Origin: a virus
Taxonomy: Duplodnaviria; Caudoviricetes
Length of the DNA: 64,000 nt
IMG/VR virus record: IMGVR_UViG_3300012979_001162
Location: 1-64,000 of that record
Strand: one strand, 5' to 3'
Below the pieces are notes generated by a model, which worked only from the letters and a program-made list of their open reading frames with translations, did not search any database and was not told the origin of the DNA. Numbering within the stretch: position 1 is the stretch's first letter; every line of letters begins with the position of its first letter. Below, piece by piece: positions 59,481-64,000 of the stretch. A program made the position numbers and the translations under genes.

Positions 59481-59561
59481 AATCATTTTGAACTGTAATT
59501 AGTATATCATACATTTTCCAATTGTCAAGGGGTTTATGTAATTGTTTACATTTCGTTTACA
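59481..59561 (-). promoter_or_regulatory. Composite promoter: direct repeat, sigma-A core and 17-bp box
   Basis: TGTAAA-N5-TGTAAA(59561-45), N16, TTGACA(59528)-N16-TATACT(59506), TACAGTTCAAAATGATT(59497-81). Confidence 0.8.
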
Positions 59562-59630
59562 ATTACACCCCAAAGGCAAAATCCAATGGGGTATAATTCG
59601 TCCGAAAAAGTGTATAGTTTTAGTGACGAG

Positions 59631-62600
59631 TTATTCGATGGTGTAGGAGGTGAGCCAGATGTCCTCTCGGCTATAATCTTGTACCCAATTCTCTCCGTCC
59701 TTTTTCCACGCAGGCTTCTTCGTTGTACGGTAGTCAACAATCATTCCAGAAGAAAGAGGGTTGCTCTCGTAGTCTTTTTTCTTTAATTTTACGCTAACCG
59801 TCTGTCCATCATAGAGTCGGTACAGTGAGAGCCTAGGCGTGTACTTTGTATTGATATCCAAGATGACTGCCTTAGTAGGTTTGGTGGGATCGATATGCGA
59901 CACATACCCAAGCATTTCTTGTTCTGTTTGAATCTTGGTTAGTAATGGAATGTCTTGGTCGGGAATGCGATTACACAAGTCTGCAAGCATTGCATCCATA
60001 TGATCCTCGTCAAATTTAAACATCTTTTCAGTTTCAGAGACACAGTACTGGGTCAATATCTCCATAGGCAATGTGGTTTTTTCTTTCTTAACTTGTTTCT
60101 TTCCATGAAGAAGATTATATAAGTCAACAATCTTAAGTAATTTCAAAGAGCCACCAAACTCCTCTCGGAAGAAGTCGAGTTTTATGAGTATTTCTAACTG
60201 ACGTGAGTTCAGAGGTGACACATTGAGGAAATCAATAAAACTATTAAACTGAGTATCTTTCATATTATACAATGCTTCGGAGACATCTGCATTAAGATAC
60301 TTAATCGACTCAAGCCCCTTATAGATGCTATTCGTTGCCTTATCCATTTGATAGCCACTACGAGAATATCTAAACTTAGGAGGTTGAATTTTAATTCCTA
60401 CTTTATTTGCATACTTTGTAATGGCTACAATCTTATCCTCTTTGCCGGTGAAAGTATTGAAGGCTGCCGTTAAAAATTCAAGGGGATAATAGTGGCGCAA
60501 GTATCCACACACATAACCAATACAACTGTACGCATCGGAATGGTTCCAGCTAAATCCGTATGAGGACGCATCGAGAATAATCTGTAGGAATGGCTTAATA
60601 ACCTCTTGGCATCTTTCTTTAGTAATATCATAATGCGTTGACGAATACTCAATAAATCTACGCTCAATCTCAGGAAGAAGCTGTTCTGTACCTTTCTTCT
60701 TTGCAATACCACGACGAACATTATCGGATTCGGCACTAGAATATCCACAAAAATCTGTTAAGAAACGCATGATTGTCTCTTGCATACACACTCGTCCAGC
60801 TTCAGGAGCAAGAAAGTCATTCAGTTCCTTAAAACCATTATCATAGAACACACCGTCTGCTACTTCATCGCGATAACTTGCACAAGCTGGTCTCAATAAA
60901 CCATTGCCAAATGAGAACCACTTAATATAAGAAAAGTTCTTACTTTGTTCTCTTGCTTTGGCAACCACCGTATCAGACATAAATCTCTTGAGATAAGCCG
61001 CAGCGCTATCGGACTCCCACTGGAATATCATTGTAGTATCATCTCGAATGCTACGCCAAACTGCTTCATCCTCAAGGTCTACATTATCCGGAGTCAATCT
61101 ATCAATACCTACAAGTTTGCAACATTCATTAATTACACCAATGTTATCTAGCCCAAGGATATCAAGCTTGACATACATTTGGTCATCGAGGCCGTGCATA
61201 TCTAACATTGACACAGGATAATCAGATGTAGAAAGACTACACAGCCCAACATCTGCCTCAATTTCTTTATCACTTACGAGAACTCCACTTGGGTGAGAGC
61301 CGATAGAAACGATAGTTCCAGAAACAATGTCTACATACTTAAATACTTCTGGATATTTTTCTTTCCATTTATCATCAATGGTTCCATCAATGTTTACTGC
61401 ATCGCTAATCTGCTGTGCTTCATCAAGAGAAATATTAAGAGCTCTACACACGTCCTTGATTGCACCCTTTGTTGCAATGGTGTTGAATGTAATAATCTCA
61501 CTCGTCTTGATATGAGGCAAATTCATTCTATCATGCAACAGGAAGTACTTAATCTTTTCTCTATCCTTTGAACAGTAGTCTGTATCTATATCAGCATTGG
61601 TAACACGCCCGGGGTTCATAAAACGGAAGAAGTTTAAATCAAACTTCAAACTGTCCATCTGAGTAATACCAAGCGCATAAGCAATAAGGCTGCCAGACAC
61701 AGATCCACGTCCGTAACCACACTGAATATCGTTTTCTCGCTCCCACTCTCTAAGGTAAGTTTCAAGTAGCATAAAGTCAATGGCTCCAACCTTTTTATAA
61801 ACCTCATACTCTTCTCTGATTTGCTTAACCACTTGGGCGCTCGGATAGCGAGACTTTAGATGTGGATGTTTCTTATACGCCTCGTTAATCTTCGTCTTAA
61901 ATGTCTTATCGGGATCGTCATAAATATGAGGATACTTTGTCTGTCTATCTACCTCAAAAGTTTCAACCATATCTGCAATTTTGTTAGTATTTTCAATCGC
62001 TTCAAGATAAATTTCCTTAGGCAGTGAATCTTGCTTTTCATATGTTTCACACAATTCGTCATAAGACTTGAAGGTCAAATCCCACCCCTCTTCATCATCA
62101 AAGCGAATATTCTTACTAAGCTGAAGAATCTTTCGTCCTTCGGCATGCTCCTCATTTAGGGAGTGTGTATCCGTACACGCTACAAGTTGCAAACCATACG
62201 TCTTACTAAGATTATATAATTTTTGGTTATACACTTTCTGGTCCGAAACATTATGGTGCTGAATCTCTAAGAAGCATCTATTCTTGTTCTTCATTATAAA
62301 ATCAATAAACTGCTTTTGAATGTTATCAGACGCACGATTCAAGATGCCGCCAAGGCAAGCGGTAGAAATGATTACATTGTCAGATGTGTTGAGCAGATCA
62401 GCAAACTCGATCCTCGGAGCATAGTAGTAATGTCCATCCTTACGATTAAACGACTTACTCGCAAGTCTATTAATTTCCTTTACTCCATCAAAGTTTCTTG
62501 CGATAAGCAAACAGTGCCAATTATCACGAAGTTTAATAGGATTACCATCCTCATCAACATCAATCTTTTCAGTTATGTAAAACTCTGCGGCATGGATATA

Positions 62601-62798
62601 TTTCATCCCAGCTTTTTCAATAGCCTCTTTCTTACCGTGCCAATCGAACACCGAACCATGCTCGCTGAGTGCGAGAGCAGTCATACCGAGCTCTTGAGCT
62701 CTCTTAACATAGTCTTGATATTTAGTAACTGAATCAATGTTGGTAACTCCATTTGACATATCTGAGTGCAAATGCAGTACCGTATAATTATTATTCAT
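59631..62798 (-). CDS. dnaE: DNA polymerase III alpha subunit (family C)
   Basis: PHP HLHS/SEHG, GRGSVSGS, DIDTD, HPSG, KLDILGL, FQWES. Confidence 0.95.
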   Translation of the reverse strand: MNNNYTVLHLHSDMSNGVTNIDSVTKYQDYVKRAQELGMTALALSEHGSVFDWHGKKEAIEKAGMKYIHAAEFYITEKIDVDEDGNPIKLRDNWHCLLIARNFDGVKEINRLASKSFNRKDGHYYYAPRIEFADLLNTSDNVIISTACLGGILNRASDNIQKQFIDFIMKNKNRCFLEIQHHNVSDQKVYNQKLYNLSKTYGLQLVACTDTHSLNEEHAEGRKILQLSKNIRFDDEEGWDLTFKSYDELCETYEKQDSLPKEIYLEAIENTNKIADMVETFEVDRQTKYPHIYDDPDKTFKTKINEAYKKHPHLKSRYPSAQVVKQIREEYEVYKKVGAIDFMLLETYLREWERENDIQCGYGRGSVSGSLIAYALGITQMDSLKFDLNFFRFMNPGRVTNADIDTDYCSKDREKIKYFLLHDRMNLPHIKTSEIITFNTIATKGAIKDVCRALNISLDEAQQISDAVNIDGTIDDKWKEKYPEVFKYVDIVSGTIVSIGSHPSGVLVSDKEIEADVGLCSLSTSDYPVSMLDMHGLDDQMYVKLDILGLDNIGVINECCKLVGIDRLTPDNVDLEDEAVWRSIRDDTTMIFQWESDSAAAYLKRFMSDTVVAKAREQSKNFSYIKWFSFGNGLLRPACASYRDEVADGVFYDNGFKELNDFLAPEAGRVCMQETIMRFLTDFCGYSSAESDNVRRGIAKKKGTEQLLPEIERRFIEYSSTHYDITKERCQEVIKPFLQIILDASSYGFSWNHSDAYSCIGYVCGYLRHYYPLEFLTAAFNTFTGKEDKIVAITKYANKVGIKIQPPKFRYSRSGYQMDKATNSIYKGLESIKYLNADVSEALYNMKDTQFNSFIDFLNVSPLNSRQLEILIKLDFFREEFGGSLKLLKIVDLYNLLHGKKQVKKEKTTLPMEILTQYCVSETEKMFKFDEDHMDAMLADLCNRIPDQDIPLLTKIQTEQEMLGYVSHIDPTKPTKAVILDINTKYTPRLSLYRLYDGQTVSVKLKKKDYESNPLSSGMIVDYRTTKKPAWKKDGENWVQDYSREDIWLTSYTIE

Positions 62799-63748
62799 AT
62801 AGCCACCTCATAATCTTTATATTTAGATAATTTCATATATGACTTACTGTCATAAATCATCACGCCCTCTTTATTTAGATGGTATCTTATATATGTTTCC
62901 GTCACCGAAAGATGTTTTGCTAAGGCTGCGGCATTTGTAAATACCACCTTGTCTTCGACGCATATCACAGGAATGACTTTAGAATTAAGCAAACACACAT
63001 CAATCAAATAGTTTAATCTATAATCATCATTTAAATACTCCTCTGAATATAAGACCCAATGTTTGCCACCAGCTGTTCTTACTGGGTGCTTAAGTGCCAC
63101 CGTTACACTACCCTCGCATTTAATATTGTATTTCTGCATAGCAAATTTAATACAATCAAACACCTCTCCGGTCTCTATACATATAACTCGTGTTGCCTTT
63201 GGATTATTTTCATTAGCAGATAACCCATTTGTTTTACGTGTCTCACTTAAATGCTGCTTCATTTCCTCCGTCCAATAATTTCCATAGTTTGGATTATTGT
63301 CGCCCTGTACAAGTTGTGCAATCTTCTCTCTGAACTCTTTAGATTTATATGGACCGTTTTCGTCGGCGCGAATTGCGATCATCTTTTCTCTAAAATCCTC
63401 ATCTTGCCACTGTGCCCTATGAATATCTGACTGTTTCTTTTTAAATTCTTCGGGAGCAACCCATCCGGTAGATCCCTCTCCGCCATCTGTTTGATTGGTT
63501 AAACGAAAGTCGGTATTTTCCTTGTACCATTTAATCGTTTCTTGTTCCTTTTGAAAGGCTTCTGATTCTGTGAGGTTTTCATAGATTTTCTTTGCATTAC
63601 AGTTATGAGATGTATACATATTAGTAAAGAACTTATTTCTACCAGACACTTGTTTATATCTTCTACCTTTACCTTTTCCTACATAAAACACTTCGTTTGT
63701 TTCTGTAATATACCAAATATATACATAATACAATCTTTCGTTGTCCAT
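62795..63748 (-). CDS. Free-standing GIY-YIG endonuclease (NUMOD3-like) upstream of dnaE
   Basis: YYVYIW...FYVGKGKG.R, LTNQTDGGEG, NPNYG. Confidence 0.85.
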   Translation of the reverse strand: MDNERLYYVYIWYITETNEVFYVGKGKGRRYKQVSGRNKFFTNMYTSHNCNAKKIYENLTESEAFQKEQETIKWYKENTDFRLTNQTDGGEGSTGWVAPEEFKKKQSDIHRAQWQDEDFREKMIAIRADENGPYKSKEFREKIAQLVQGDNNPNYGNYWTEEMKQHLSETRKTNGLSANENNPKATRVICIETGEVFDCIKFAMQKYNIKCEGSVTVALKHPVRTAGGKHWVLYSEEYLNDDYRLNYLIDVCLLNSKVIPVICVEDKVVFTNAAALAKHLSVTETYIRYHLNKEGVMIYDSKSYMKLSKYKDYEVAI

Positions 63749-63776
63749 CCAATCACTCTCCAATCATTCTGTATCG

Positions 63777-64000
63777 TTACCATTCGTCTTCTTCGCTTGT
63801 AATTACACACTCGTCGCAATTATCACTACAAAACTCGCCGTCCCATTGATAATAAATCAACATTCTCTGCTCTTTATTTAGATTAAGCAGCCTATGTGCA
63901 ATTTCAAGGCAGATGGTCTTATCGTGTCTATTAGCATTTTCTTCTCTATTGCAATATTCAATACACCATTGCAAATCATCATCGTCTATGTTGCCATCAT
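63777..64000 (-). CDS. Hypothetical protein, 5' end outside window
   Basis: Frame stays open to the window edge. Confidence 0.55.
   Translation of the reverse strand, partial: DGNIDDDDLQWCIEYCNREENANRHDKTICLEIAHRLLNLNKEQRMLIYYQWDGEFCSDNCDECVITSEEDEW

Noticed and set aside
42235-62798. Inteins or introns in nrdD, ligA or dnaE
   Set aside because: All are continuous and of normal length; adjacent endonucleases are free-standing with no ribozyme core around them
446-63802. Numerous 60-170 aa antisense or alternate-frame ORFs inside long genes
   Set aside because: Shadow ORFs from codon bias, without RBSs or recognisable motifs
1-64000. Genome-wide stop-codon reassignment (TAG)
   Set aside because: Long genes are intact under code 11, several end in TAG (1722, 39915, 52150, 53814), and no CUA-anticodon tRNA is present; the UAG-anticodon tRNA reads Leu CUA

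Overview
A 64 kb segment of a large tailed phage or prophage of a low-GC Firmicute (Clostridia-like), with SPbeta/c-st-like organisation. The + strand arm (1-37.8 kb) carries a tyrosine recombinase, tail fibre genes, a ~3,611-aa tape measure gene split into four exons by three group I introns (each with its own endonuclease ORF), Dit/Tal/fibre genes, a holin-like gene and a tubR-tubZ partition module. The - strand arm (37.9-64 kb) carries a large serine recombinase, nucleotide-metabolism genes (dut, nrdD/nrdG with redoxin and FTR-like partners, gmk, ThyX-like), ligA, an amidase, dnaE and six free-standing homing-endonuclease-like genes in total across both arms. It also holds a tRNA cluster with atypical tRNAs (long variable arms on Gln and Trp, short arm on Leu, one tRNA-like RNA with a broken anticodon loop) surrounding a ~1.1 kb hairpin-rich non-coding region. 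The most notable structures not explained by the ORF track are: (i) an asymmetric 17-bp box (consensus WACARTACAAAATGATT, ~17 copies, all co-oriented with transcription); (ii) a TGTWAA-N5-TGTAAA repeat exactly 16 bp upstream of the -35 at five promoters; (iii) the candidate large structured RNA; (iv) a start-less inverted tail-protein-like cassette beside the tyrosine recombinase, possibly a shufflon; (v) a JAB/MPN-like motif inside the tape measure protein. All calls were made by eye and no searches were run.
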